Source of the DNA: Eledone cirrhosa
Lineage: Eukaryota
Reading direction: 5' to 3'
Length of the DNA stretch: 64,000 nucleotides
Assembly: GCA_964016885.1 (NCBI GenBank)
Contig: OZ024743.1
Span: forward strand, 240,188,001-240,252,000
Below the pieces are notes generated by a model. That model was not told the origin of the DNA, searched no databases, and saw only the letters and a program-made list of their open reading frames with translations. Position numbers and translations under genes: made by a program. This document shows positions 44,321 through 58,422 of the stretch, piece after piece (positions within the stretch are counted from its first letter, which is position 1; the number at the start of each line of letters is the position of its first letter).

Positions 44321-46542
44321 TGTCTATATTATCCAGTATGTGCATTTTTAAGAAAGGAATGTAAGGTTTGAGGGTGGATTGAAAATTTCAAGGAGTCGCG
44401 TGCCCTCGTAGGAGCTAAGTTTTGGGTCATGTGTTGAAATGTATGTTGTAGTGTTTGAAGTGGTGGATGTGTTGGTATTTGTAAACGGAATCGACGTCAT
44501 ATTTGTAACAATAATATTTGTATGATGTTGAGAGTTTTCGTGTGGTTGTGAACTTTGAGTAGTGGTAGGGGTTAGTTATGGATGTACAAGCTATGATGGT
44601 AGTAGTGGAGCGGATTTGAGGAAGATTTTGAATGTAAAATGTTCTTAGACGTTTGAACATGTTAGGAATTATACCACAGGAAAGCATCTTCATGGCCATT
44701 TGATCTGTTACAAATAGCAGTTAAAATCTCCTCCCTAAATCATAATCTACCATTTTAAGCACTAAAATGTAATGTCCGAGATAAAAACACATTTTGAAGG
44801 TTTGAAGGGCCGTGCGACCACGTAGAAAATAAGGACCTGGGGATAAACAACAACAACATCTACAAACATATCTTCAACAACCGAAATTACAACAATTATG
44901 TATGTATGAAGCCCTTTAACTCACGGTGGAATCATAGGGAGCGCTGTGGTTAGATACAGAGTTGCTCGACACATTAAACCTGGCGGAGTCCATCACCTCT
45001 CCTAATCTGAGTACTTCCAGAAAAGGGGAGAGAGTGTGTTAGTCACGAATTAAGAAATATAGAGAGAGGAAGACTTGACCCCACTAGTGCACTAGTACTT
45101 TTGTATCGACCTCGAAACGATGAAAGGCAAAGTTAACCATGAAAGGATGAAAATCAAAGTTGACATCGGTGGGTTTTCAGCTCAGAGGGCGGAGAACCGG
45201 GATGATTTCCATAAAACATTCTATGTGGCATTCTATGTGCTGAGTGACTCAAATCGCCGGCTACACAGTAATAATGAAAACTATGTAAGTTCAAGAATTC
45301 TGGAGGAGTGGTTTTGTAAATGGAGGAAACGTGTTGCGTGTAACACTACACCGTTTTACACTTCCAATACTAACTAGTCGTTAGGTTTCTTTAACAGAGT
45401 TTATCTTTCATAAATATTCGATCGAGATGTTCAGGCTAATCAGTAGGAAATATCTACGTGATCCTTCTACCTGCTAGAAATTGCAACTAAATCTTACTCA
45501 GATAACATCCAACCATTTTCAAAATGTAAAGAGAAAGACATTATGTAATGTCATCATTTCGAGATAAACTATATCTGAAAAACTACAAAGGTAGGATTAT
45601 AATGATTGCACTGTCTTTGATCACAGGTCTGCTAGAGCAAGGCTGATCTAGTCACAACCAACCATAATCTCCAGTCTGCTAAGGTAAGGTACTGTCATTC
45701 CTCCGCGAACAAATTTATTATATATTATTGTGTTTTTTAACCTTAGATCAGCCGAGAATGGGCACTTTTATGATTAAAAGTGTTCCAGCCATGACTATCC
45801 ACTTTGAGTATTAAGTATCTAACTGGTATTTGAGGGATAACGGCAAAGTAAGTGACTACATCGTCTATCTTGGAGGATGGCGGAAGATTTGATGGTGCTG
45901 TTGATGGTGGGAGTGAGGGTTCTGATAGTGATGATAATGGCAGTGGTGATGGTGGTGGTTTTAGTGGTGATGTCAGCGGTGCTGAAATTGATGGTGGTAT
46001 AGGCGCTGATAGCAGTGGTGAGGCGGTGGTAGTAGCGGTGATGGTGACGGTAGTGATAATGCTGTCTTAGATCTCATCATTTGCTGATGTCGGTAACTCC
46101 ATTATCCTGCTACTCCATCATTTACTCAGACGCTAGAAAGTACTTTTAGTAAAATTTAGCTGTCATTTCTAGCAGGTCGAGTGGCCATGAAGAGATTACA
46201 TTTCATTGTCATGATGATTGCTCTTGTTGCGCTGGGAGGGATGAGGTAGGCAGTAATGGCAGTGTAGTAGGGGTAACAGAAGTGACGTTCGTCGGGGGCG
46301 ATGCAATTGCAAACTATGGTAGTGGTGGTGGGGATAGAAGGGATGGTGATAGTGTTGGCGGTGTTGATACTAGTGGGTTACCAAACGCCATTTTAAGCTA
46401 TCAATATATTATAAGTAAATTAAGTATGACTTTATATATTTATAGAACATCTATCCACATGTATATGTATATAAACTATACAATGACAAATCAAATAATG
46501 TGCTTGTATGTGTACATCCACATATACACACACATGTATATA

Positions 46543-46579
<37 letters not shown>

Positions 46580-46707
46580 GTGTATATATATATATACATA
46601 CATACTCTTTTGCTGGTTTCAATCACTAGACTGGCCATGCTGGTGCACGATGCTAAAAGATTTTTACCTCTTTTTAAGTCTATGGTGTAAACGTAAACAC
46701 AGACATT

Positions 46708-46778
<71 letters not shown>

Positions 46779-46835
46779 ACTCTATCTCTCTCTCTCTCAT
46801 GTGCAACCATGCAGTATTCTTCTCCCCTTGTTTTT

Positions 46836-46869
<34 letters not shown>

Positions 46870-46889
46870 ACATCGTAGTTATAAGCTTT

Positions 46890-48277
46890 TCTGGGTGGGT
46901 AGTGAGGATGGGTTGGGTGGGGTGGGCATATTACTGGCTGAGAGATGGATCAATAAGACAATAGAGGTAGTTAGAGTTAGTAATAGAATAATTAAGCTTA
47001 GATTAGTTGTAGGTAAGAGACTATTGACAATCATCTCTGCCTATGCTCCCCAGGCAGGCCTAGGTAAAGAAGAGAAAGACTGCTTTTACGAGCAACTTTT
47101 ACAAACAGCCTCAATGACAGAGGATAGAGATATCGTTATGCTAGCGGGGGACTTCAATGGACATGTTGGACAGCTCCAGGGTGAATACACTGGGGTACAT
47201 GGTGGGCACGGTTACGGCTCAAGAAATGAAAAAGGAGTGAGGCTTCTTAAATGTTGTGATGCAAATGCACTAATCATTTGCAACACTAACTTCCATAAGC
47301 CTACCAACCACCTAATACCCTACCAATCTGGCGAGCACATAAGCCAGATTGACTTCCTGCTAGTTAGACAGTGAGACAGATAGATGGTGTAAAATACTAA
47401 GGCATACCCCGGGGAAGAATGTACCTCACAGCATAGGTTAGTCGTTAGTGACATCTCAGTAAGAAAGAGAAAGAATGAGACATACAGGAAGGTGTGGAAA
47501 AGAAAGGTTTGGAAGTTAAAAGACCTTTCATTAAAATATAACTTTAGCAAAGCCCTTCAAGATGTGTATGACGAAAATGAAGACGATTTAGAGTTGTATG
47601 ACATAGGTGATAACTGGAATTTCTTGCGTGACAACTTACTGCAGGCTACTGAAGAAACTTGTGGTTGGGGCAGAGCTTCAACCAGACAGAGAGTGACCTG
47701 ATGGTGGAACAGCACGGTAGATAGGGCCATTAGAGACAAAAGACTGGCATGGAAGGCTTGGAAAAACGGTGGGAGTAGAGAAGGATACACAGCCGCTAAG
47801 AGAGAAGCTAGACGTCAGGTGTACATAGCACGCAGGGAGGCTGAGAGTAGGAGGTTTGCCAATGTTCTGCGACGGGAAGATCAAAGACGTGTGGTGTTCC
47901 GCATTGCAAGACAGTGTGTCAGTGCAAATCAGGATGTTGTTGGAGATAAATGTGTGCGGAATGATGCCGGTATACATAGTGTCACTAATGATCAAATAAA
48001 AAAAGGAGGCTTGGAAATGTGATTATGAGAGACTGATGAATGTGGAGAACGAATGGGAGAGAGAGAAATTACCCCCAGTAGACACGACAGAGGGACCAGC
48101 TATTGAGATTGACGAATATAAAGTACAAGAGGCAATTAAGGAAATGAAGAATGGTAAGGGTGCTGGACCGTCGGGGATAGTTGCTGAGATGCTGAAGGCA
48201 TCAGAAGTAGGCACTAAACTAGTTGCACGCATCATTAATCAAGCTAAATATGGTGGTGTCATACCCAAAGACTGGTA
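46890..48277 (+). mobile_element. RTE-clade (BovB-like) LINE, 5' part: APE endonuclease to start of RT, with stops
   Basis: GGVGILL, IISAYAPQAG, AGDFNGHVG, SQIDFLL, QHRLVV; EAIKEMKNGKGAGPSGIVAEMLK...IPKDW then abrupt break. Confidence 0.9.
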
Positions 48278-50327
48278 CAGTTTCCTGTCGCCCTTTTTGA
48301 AGAAGGTTAGGAGAGTTGCCTCGCTCTACTCACCAGGGAACCACTCCGTCGCCCACACCGAGGAGAAGACTCGATGGAGCCAAGCTGCGAAGACATCAGG
48401 CTCGGCCTTGTAGACCTCAGCTGGAACGCCATCCTCGCCCGGCGCCTTGTTATTCCGGAGATGTGTCAGGACACCACGTACCTCCTCGACCGTTGGAAGG
48501 GCAGTGCTGCACCCGTATTCTTCTCCGAAAGGCTGCACGTAGGTTGGCGTGGATGGTGGGTGGCGGGTGGTTGAGCAGCTCGGAGAAATGGTCCCGCCAT
48601 CGGGCTAGCCGGTCATTAAGATTGGTAATGACCGCCCCGTTCCGATCACGGATCGTCTCGCTGACACCCGTACTGCTTCGGCTGACGCGCTTCACCAGTT
48701 GGTAGAGCTTGCGCGAGTCATCACAGGCTGCTGCCCTCTCCGTCTGCTCCGCAAACTCGCGCCTGTGTGCATTCTGATCGGCCCGAATAGTCCGCGATGT
48801 GCGACGTCGGAGATCTTGAAGATTGAGTGCACCCTCGAGTCGGGTCACTCTCACCCGCTCCTCGAGTTCAAGAGTGCCGCTGGAGACCCAGTCCCTATGG
48901 TGTCTTCGGGTCGACCGAAGATGCTCCCTGGACACCTCAACCGTCGCCGCCCTGAGCGCGTTCCACTCCTGCTCCGGTTGCTGTTCCACTTCGTTACTCA
49001 GCATTTGGAATCGGTTTCGCAGCTCTAGCCGGAAAGTATTTCCAGCATCGAGCTTGAGTTGCGAGATGTCGATCCTTTTCTGGCAGTTGGGAGGAGGTTT
49101 CGCCCGCAGCCGCAGACGAAGGGTTGCTCGAACAAGAGTATGGTCTGACCCATGCTCACTGCCCGTATCAGACCCCCGATACGCACGCGAGTCCATCACT
49201 GAGCTGGCCCACCGAGATCTGACCAGGATGTAGTCAATCTGATTGGCTGTTCTTCTGTCATTGGATCGCCACGTGACGAGATGGCGGCGAGGATGTTGGA
49301 ACCGGGTGTTGCTGACGATAAGACGATTGGCATCCGCGAAGGACACGAACCGTTCACCATTGTCACAGCGTACGCCTAGGGCGAAGCGTCTTAGAATATG
49401 CCGTGTTGTATCATCAGCCGGCCCAGTCCGCGCATTCCAGTCCCTAGTGATAATAAGAACATCACTGGAGGGGACGCCATCTACGGTTGTTTGGAGATAG
49501 GCATAGAACTGCGTCTTGTTCGCCTCGTCCGCATTGGGTGTGGGAGCGTAGACGGCAATTACGCTGACGTTAGATTTTGACCCTTCAATCGAACCAGCGC
49601 GACTTGGTGTGAGATCAGCTGCCACGCCAGCAGAGCCGCTTGCGCGTCGGGGCCGAGCGCTACAGCGACCCCGTGAAGGCCACTGTTGTCAGTCACGCCA
49701 CAATGGTACAAGTGGTAGGAGATGTCCTCGCCAGGAACTTTGATCGGAAGATGACCAACATCGGGAAGTCGAACTTCTGAAAGGCAAGCGACACTAACGC
49801 AGTACCTGTGCAGAGCCTTCATTGTAAGTGCCTGGACACCGTCATCACGAAGTGTTGGGACGTTCCAGCACGCCACCCTCAATTCCTTTCTTCGTCTGAA
49901 GAGCGGGACTACTGCGGGAGTAGTCTGTAGAGCCATAGCGGTAGGGGCGCTGTTGCTTTGCATTGCGTTCGTAGCGCGAAGGCAATTCGTATTCATAGTT
50001 CGTATTTGTAGGATTCATAGAAGAAATGTCATGGGAGTAGTGAATTCACAAGCGGTCCCCAAAAAACCCGCATGTATATCCCGAACGAGGGGAAAAAACG
50101 CCCTGATTGCCACAGATTCTCTACAGATGCAGGGACAGAAACGACCCTAAACCGCCGGTTACTGGAGCATACATCTCTTGGTTTTTCACCAGAGCCCTTT
50201 TTGCCGGGTTGCGGCCCTAATACCGCTGGGTGCCAGACCAATGCGCCTTGGGTGGCCCTACCAGGAACCGGAGTTCCCGACGGCATAGATCTGACACTAC
50301 CCGTTGCCACCGCCCTGCCACGTTGAG
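48278..50327 (-). mobile_element. Second RTE-clade LINE, 5' half (leader, APE, start of RT), nested in opposite orientation
   Basis: ACWNVPTL, CLSEVR, IAVYAPT, DWNAR, NQIDYILV, SDHTLV, LRNNKAPGEDG, FFKKGDRK; more GC-rich than the host; frameshifted. Confidence 0.9.
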
Positions 50328-50329
50328 GA

Positions 50330-50903
50330 GGGGTTGGACTTTAGTATCTAGAATAAGGACTGGTTGGAAGAAGCTTAGGGAGCTGCTTCCTCGGTTGACA
50401 AAGAAGTGTTTCTCCCTGCGTACGAAAGGGCGGTTATATGATGCCTGTGGGAGATGCGCGATGCTGCATGGTAGTGAAACATGGGCAGCAACTGCAGAAG
50501 ATATGCGACGGCTGGAGAGAAATGAAGCAAGTATGCTCCGTTGGATGTGCAATGCCAATGTGAATGAATGACCAAGCATAGACGAGTTGAGAATGAAACT
50601 GGGTATAAGAGGGATAAGTTGTAGTGTGCAGGAGAGAAAGCTGAGATGGCATGGACATGTGATGCGCATGGAGGATGACCGCTGGGTAAAGAAGTGCCAA
50701 GAAATCCCAGTAGAAGGAAGATGCAGTAGAGGTAGACCACGTAAAACATGGGCGGAGGTGGTGAGAGCAGACCTCAGATCGCTGAAACTCACCGAGGAGA
50801 TGACGAAGTACCGTGACAAGTGGAGAGTTGCTGTGCTGAATAGGACCCGTCCAACCCTTGTAAGCAGGGAAAAGCGAACGTAAAATGATGATGAGGATGA
50901 TGA
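50330..50903 (+). mobile_element. RTE LINE 3' end (probable continuation of 46890-48277) with (GAT)n tail
   Basis: SRIRTGWKK, KGRLY, MLHGSETW, MLRWMC, LRWHGHVMR, RGRPRKTW; stop at 50883 then ATGATGATGAGGATGATGAT. Confidence 0.9.
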
Positions 50904-51569
50904 TATATATATATACACGATGGGCTTTGGCAGAAGTTTATATATATTTGCCATCACTAAGGTTAACAGTCATCCTATAGCTAAGTCTTCCTCCCGATAT
51001 AAGTCTGACTAATAGAAAGTAAACTGTTTTTATACAAAATGTCAACATCTCTATCGTGATTTCAATCAGGTTAAGTGTATTTCCCTAAATGAAGAATTTC
51101 ATTTCCGTTTGTTTCAAACCACCGATAGGACCTCTACTGTGAGAACGTTTTGGAGGCTTAGAAGGCTCAAACTATGCATGGGAACATTATGAACAATTAT
51201 GTCAATAACGAGGACAGAATATTATGTATAAGTCTCAGACTTAGAAGATAGACCATATTTACAAACAATTCGTACAGCTGATGACATACTGCGCCATCTC
51301 AACTAATAAATCTCAGTTGAACATCATATACATGAATTTTGATGAGACAACATACCTTCATACATACAAATGAATTTATATCGATATAAAAAATGTCGTC
51401 TTTCTCTACCTTAACAGCTCAATGTAAATTTGAAGCAATAATACCAGAAACAGAAAATACTCATAAACGCTAATGTGATATTTACAACATGTTTAATATC
51501 TTGAAAATAAAGAACATAGAATCAAGCAGAACTGTAAAAATATTACTTACATTAGCAATACAAACTCCT

Positions 51570-52130
<561 letters not shown>

Positions 52131-52627
52131 ATATATATTCATATTTATATTGTCCAATGATAAAACTATAAGGTGTAGTAGTTAACTAATCCATTGTTTT
52201 ACGATCGATTAAGAGGACGAAAGTAAAATATGTTGCTGTGTAGACTGATCTGTATATGTGTATAAGATGTTATATATACATATATATATATATTGTCTAT
52301 GTATTTATATATACATATATATATATATATTGTCAATGTATTTATATATACATATATATATATTGTCAATGTATTTATATATACATATATATATATATAT
52401 ATTGTCTATGTATTTTTTTTTTCTTTCTATTCGTTGTTTTTTTCTACAATTTTATGTTTATTTCTACATTAGGCTCTCTCTGGTGTCTTAGTCATAGGCC
52501 TGTGCTGTTAGTATCTATTAGATAAAATTACAAAACCATTGTTTCTGGGATGTTTTTTAGATTCTAATAGTATGACTGCTATCTAATAAGATACATTTCC
52601 ACAAAAATAAAGTTTGAGTTGATTAAT

Positions 52628-52712
<85 letters not shown>

Positions 52713-52751
52713 CGTGTGTGTGTGTGTGGGTGTGTGTGTGTGTGCATATAT

Positions 52752-52900
52752 ATTAGAAAATGAACTACACAATATATAACTACTCCATTACAAGGTTAAC
52801 TTCTCTGTCTGATGAACGAACCAGACGTATGTTAATATTGTCTGGGGTCCAGAAACCTTTGGTAATGGAGTAGTTATATATTGTGTTGTTCACTTTCTAA
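52752..52900 (+). mobile_element. Short fold-back hammerhead cassette
   Basis: Inverted arms 52752-52797 / 52854-52900 after a (TG)n/(TA)n tract. Confidence 0.75.
52803..52870 (+). ncRNA. Type I hammerhead ribozyme motif
   Basis: CTCTGT-CTGATGA-..CCAGAC loop GTCTGG..-GAAAC-CTTTG-GTA-ATGGAG; stem I 6 bp with G-U pairs; base of stem II imperfect. Confidence 0.7.
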
Positions 52901-53724
52901 TTAAATAGCTCTGTTTTATACATAGAGCACTCTTTTTTCCTTTGCTTTTTCTTCGGAAATACTTCGGAAATACTTGATTGCAAAATCAGTCAAACGAAAT
53001 ATTATATAACGTCAACTACAACCAAGTTGTGTTTAATTATATCTTCTTCCTTTCTGGTGGCTCAATTAAGTACTAGTAAAGTGTGTATGTATGTACCAGT
53101 AACTCATAAGAGTCGCAGTGGCGCCGTAGTGTTTTGGGTACTTTAAACCTGGCGGAGCCCACCCTTTCTCCAAGTCGGAACACTGCAGATTTCTTTCAAA
53201 GAAGGAGAGATAGGGTAAATGAGAAAAATATGGAGGTAGAATCGACACCACTATTTCACTGGTACTTTTGTTTTTTTATCGAACTCGAAAGTTGACTTCG
53301 GTGGGATTTAAACACAGAGCGTAGAGAGCGTAGAATTCTCACATACTAGAATCTTTGCCAATTCGCCGCCATTAGTAGCGGGGTCTACTAAATAGTTGTT
53401 CTGTGGCTATTATAGAAATCGATATTGTCAAACCATTCGTTATCAATATTAAGAGAGGGTTTGATTACTTGCAGTGTTAATTTCAGACTAGTCTAAGTTT
53501 ATATTCATACTTTTCTTTTATCTATTGTAAACACTCTGTTGTAAATTTCGGTGAGTGGAAAAGCGCCACGGCTTTGAAGGTTTCCGTTAACCATATTGAC
53601 ACCATCCCTGCTATAAATTTCAGACTAGTAAATATCTATCGATCTTTATTAGTCCAACAACTAAGTTAAGGGATAAACTTAAATGTCACCAGTTTTTAGA
53701 AAGCAAACATACACGTAAATCATA

Positions 53725-53910
53725 ATTGTTTCTACTTTAGGCACAAGGCCAGCAATTCACCAGTACATTACTGGAACTTTATTTTATCGACCCCGTAAGG
53801 ATGAAAGGCAAAGTTAACCTCGGCGGGATTTGAACTCAGACTGTAAAGGGACGTAACTATGCTAGAAAGCATGGTGTCTGATGCTCTACCGATTCTGCCA
53901 ATCTACCACC
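53725..53910 (-). mobile_element. tRNA-derived SINE
   Basis: Reverse complement of the 38204-38385 family with A/B boxes. Confidence 0.7.
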
Positions 53911-54170
53911 CTTATACACGTAAATCATAATACGTCCACATGGGAGTGATAAACCTAGCTTCATATATACATACATAAGTGTAAGTGTTTATGTGTATGA
54001 ATATAAATATGTGTTTGAGCGTATAAAGAAGTTGAGCACCAGATGTTTCAGTTAGTTTGGACGTACGATTTTGAGGGGCCTACATTCCTATTTTAGAGGC
54101 AAAGAGGATTATTTGGTAAAGAATTAATTTATTGCATAAATAATAAAGTACGGGGTGGAAATAAATAAAG

Positions 54171-54676
54171 TACGGGAGGAAAGTAACTCCCTATTGAAAA
54201 TTACTTATACGTTTTGTCCTACTGTGACTGTTTGGGGTAACATAAAGGATCTCATATTCATGCAAGATGGGACCCCTCCTCATTTTGCACGCACTGTCTG
54301 TGAGTGGCTTCATGTCAAATTTCCAGGACATTGGATGGGTCGTTGAGGTCCACATGAATAGTCAGCAAGAAGCTGTAGGGGTCGACGAAGTTAGACGTTT
54401 ATAGTGCAAAACCAAAAACTCTGACTCAATTGGAGAAAGGCATTTGTCATGTACTGACCAACATTCCACTTGAGTTACTGATGGAGTCAGTCAAATATAT
54501 ACCCAGCAGATTACAAACACTGGTGAACAACGCTGGAAGATATGTAATATTGTAATATACTTCTCCCATTATACTGTTAAAGTAAAACATGTTTTATGTT
54601 TTATGAAAATCAGACTAATAATTAATAAAATTATTAACAATTTTAAATAGAGAGTCTGTTACGACCCTCTCTGTAT
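54171..54676 (+). mobile_element. Internally deleted Tc1/mariner DNA transposon relic
   Basis: FMQDGTPPHFARTVCEWL..KFPGHWMGR*GPHE* (QDGAPPH..WIGR..WP motif); imperfect terminal inverted repeats TAC.G.GAGG..GTAAC..CTATT.AAAATT ending in TA. Confidence 0.75.
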
Positions 54677-54882
54677 ATGCATATATAAACACAACCATAT
54701 ACGCACACATGCATATATACACACATACATTTATGTATATATATATATATATGCAAAAGTTTTATTTAAAATTGTTGGGTTACAACAAGTAAATATTTTA
54801 TAACTGATATAAAGCACTCAACAAATTTTGGAGTAGATATACGATATTAAACAAATGGAAACTATATTTATAAAACCATATT

Positions 54883-54948
54883 TATTTCATTATACATATT
54901 TCAGGGATACCATATTAAAAATATGGCATGCCTTCTTCAGATAAAATA
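54883..54948 (-). ncRNA. Type I hammerhead ribozyme motif
   Basis: Mirror of 55070-55135. Confidence 0.75.
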
Positions 54949-55069
54949 CAATATATAAGCAGTTTTATAAATAAATTTGACGTACCATAAATATTGATCA
55001 ACTTCTTGCATAAAAGTTGATCAATATTTATGGTACGTCAAATTTATTTATAAAACTGCTTATATATTG

Positions 55070-55135
55070 TATTTTATCTGAAGAAGGCATGCCATATTTT
55101 TAATATGGTATCCCTGAAATATGTATAATGAAATA
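55070..55135 (+). ncRNA. Type I hammerhead ribozyme motif
   Basis: TATTTTAT-CTGAAGA-AGGcATGCCATATT ttt AATATGGTATcCCT-GAAAT-ATGT-ATA-ATGAAATA; 8-bp stem I, ~13-bp stem II, AUA triplet. Confidence 0.78.
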
Positions 55136-55236
55136 AATATGGTTTTATAAATATAGTTTCCATTTGTTTAATATCGTATATATATATATATATTTTTTTT
55201 TTTTATTTTTTTTTTTTATATATATATATATATATA

Positions 55237-55775
<539 letters not shown>

Positions 55776-56163
55776 GGGGGGAGAGGTATCCACAGTAAGT
55801 TGTGGGGTCTGTATTTCATTATCTTATTATAATTTTTATCTTTTAATATACTATCTTTCCTAGCCATAACCTTAATTTATATTCACCTTAAAACTCAATA
55901 CAACACTAATCACCATTTATTTTGACATTCCTTTTAAATTCACTATACCAGATACATTCAACTATCAGTTTGACAATCCCTTTCCTCCTAATAGATTGTT
56001 ATGTCAAATCTATTATTAACACCTTTCAACCATTCCTTTCTAAGGGTCATGACCTCAACTAAAGTATATTACTTTTCATCTTAACACCATATGAAAAAAA
56101 CAATTTGATTCGTTCGTTCTTCAACTACCTCAAAATAAGGACATGATACTAACATACTACTAA

Positions 56164-57076
56164 TCTATATATATAAAACTGTGGTTGTCTGTCTGTCTAT
56201 CGATTTTTGGCACACATCTCCTCTTAGAATCTCTCACGGAATTGCACCGAAATTGCTATACTTGTACATTGAGCCCTAGCGAAGACATCGGAAAAAAAAA
56301 TTTCAAATTGACCCACCCTATGTGACGAAATCGAATATAATGTATCGATTTTTGAGCGTAAGTTATCAGTTATTTCCCTTTGTTCTGTTTACATTGAGCG
56401 TCTTACGTAAAAAATTACGCTGGCTTTCTCAGTTGTCGAGCCAGCAAAATATTGACCTGCAAAATTCATCAGTTCGAACACTAAGCTTCCGTTTTGCTTC
56501 ATTTCCATTTAAAAGCATTTTAAAACAATATTTTTACTTGAAAACAAGTCTATTTAAAGACTACGTAAAACAAGCAAATATTTCGTCGTTAGGCGTGCAG
56601 ACAGACAGTCGTGCAGACAGACAGTCGTGCAGAGAGGTGATATAGGCGTGCAGACAGACAGTGGTGCAGAGAGGTGATATAGGCGTGCAGACAGACAGTC
56701 GTGCAGAGAGGTGATATAGGCGTGCAGACAGACAGTCGTGCAGAGAGGTGATATAGGCGTGCAGACAGACATAACTGATAATTTGGTTACGCTAATGTTT
56801 TTCTCTGCGTTGCAGTGTTTACATTTTCGATCTTTGTTAATAAATAACCAGTGCAGTTTCTATCCCCAGCATCCTCTTTTGTTATAACATTCGGGTTATC
56901 GTTATGTTTTCTTAACTTCATAAGGCATATTGTTGGTTGAGGGAATATTAATCAAAAACACCACATGCAAGTCTGCACAGTAGACACTACAGTTTTTAAG
57001 CCAAGAAAGAAACTTAACATTGTAACTTTAACACAGCTACTGAGCGACCCCGAGCAACGCCGGGCTTTACTGCTAG
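56164..57076 (+). mobile_element. Non-autonomous Helitron
   Basis: A|TCTATATATATAAAA 5' end followed by (GTCT)n; 3' hairpin CCCG.GCAACGCCGGG then CTAG|T; no target-site duplication seen. Confidence 0.85.
56590..56770. repeat. 37-bp minisatellite inside the Helitron
   Basis: AGGCGTGCAGACAGACAGTCGTGCAGAGAGGTGATAT at 56644, 56681, 56718, partial at 56755 and a variant at 56591. Confidence 0.9.
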
Positions 57077-57275
57077 TTCTGAATAAAATCATTATTGAAT
57101 AAAATTATTACTGCTTTTGAAAACAGCTGGTGATATGCATGTAAGTAAATATTCTCTTTATCTGATAGTTTGTAACTAACCTTACATAGATCAATTACTG
57201 AGTGTAGCTACATTGTATTTTCATCATCTAGAAACGATCGTAAAGCAGTGAAGATTTTTTATTTCATTATTTTAA

Positions 57276-57330
<55 letters not shown>

Positions 57331-57346
57331 CTGTGTATATGAGTGA

Positions 57347-57400
<54 letters not shown>

Positions 57401-57401
<1 letters not shown>

Positions 57402-58359
57402 CTATAAAGTATGTCCATAGAATCATTTGATAATATATATACACCATTTCCTCTCCCAGTTAGCATAATTAACCACACACAAAATCAATTAGACCAAGCT
57501 ATAAGATTAAAAGGCACATATAAAGAAATAGTAGATAAATAAACGACAGCAATATCTTCACGGCCAACCGCCATGGAATATTTACCCAACATTTCAACAG
57601 CACGTGGAAATCGATTAAATATACCGTCAACCATACACAATTAGCTTTAAAATTAAAGTTAGAAGAAATGCATATACACCTACCAGGATTATGTTTCTAC
57701 TCTCGGGTTTCGTTCGCATTTGGAAATATCCTATTAAGGATAAAATCGCGAGCTTCGAACTCATTAGGAAACAAACTCGTTTGGACAAATCATTTCTAAA
57801 GTGATCCCCGCCAGAAACGAATTCAAAATGGCTAAGAATTGTGACGTGGCAATGGTCAAGTCAGAAAGAATGTGATTGGTTGCTTACGGCGAGTGGGCTG
57901 GTTGCTAGAAAGCGCAGCCCAATATTACCCAAATTGCATCTCAACCTAATGGGAGATTATTAAATATAAAGATTTACATATACACAAACTAGACAAAGTC
58001 ACAGATATATATGTTTTTGCAACCATTCACGATGTGGCTCAATGATGAATTAATAAATTAAATAATAAGAGCAATATACTATAAAGTATGTCCATACAAT
58101 CATTTGATAATATATATACACCATTTCCTCTCCCAATTAGCATAATTAACCACACAAAAAATCAATTAGACCAATCTATAAGATTAAAAGGCACCTATGA
58201 AGAAATAGTAGATAAATAAACGACAGCAATCTCTTCGCGGCCAACCGCCATAGAATGTTTACCCAACATTTCAACAGCACGTGGAAATCGATTAAATATA
58301 CCGTCAACCATACACAATTAGGTATAAAATTAAAGTTAGAAGAAATGCATATACACCTA

Positions 58360-58362
<3 letters not shown>
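57401..58362 (-). mobile_element. Hammerhead cassette with 285-bp terminal direct repeat (period 677 bp) between (TA)n tracts
   Basis: 57401-57685 repeated at 58078-58362; hammerhead-like motif immediately inside. Confidence 0.8.
57692..57773 (-). ncRNA. Hammerhead motif with G5A core mutation (probably inactive)
   Basis: Minus strand: TGTTTC-CTAATGA-GTTCG...CGAAC-GAAAC-CCGAGA-GTA-GAAACA; perfect stems I and II. Confidence 0.7.

Positions 58363-58417
<55 letters not shown>

Positions 58418-58422
<5 letters not shown>

Larger units (their letters stand above)
54752..55180 (-). mobile_element. Perfect-arm palindromic hammerhead cassette plus tail, same family as 58645-59068
   Basis: Arms 54837-55005 / 55013-55181 appear identical; 54752-54836 is the reverse complement of the 58981-59068 tail; TA-flanked. 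Confidence 0.85.

Noticed and set aside
46895-47374. CFDP2-like host gene
   Set aside because: It is the RTE APE domain, continuous with RT remnants.
51278-51300. Isolated CTGATGA
   Set aside because: No GAAA partner or stems nearby.
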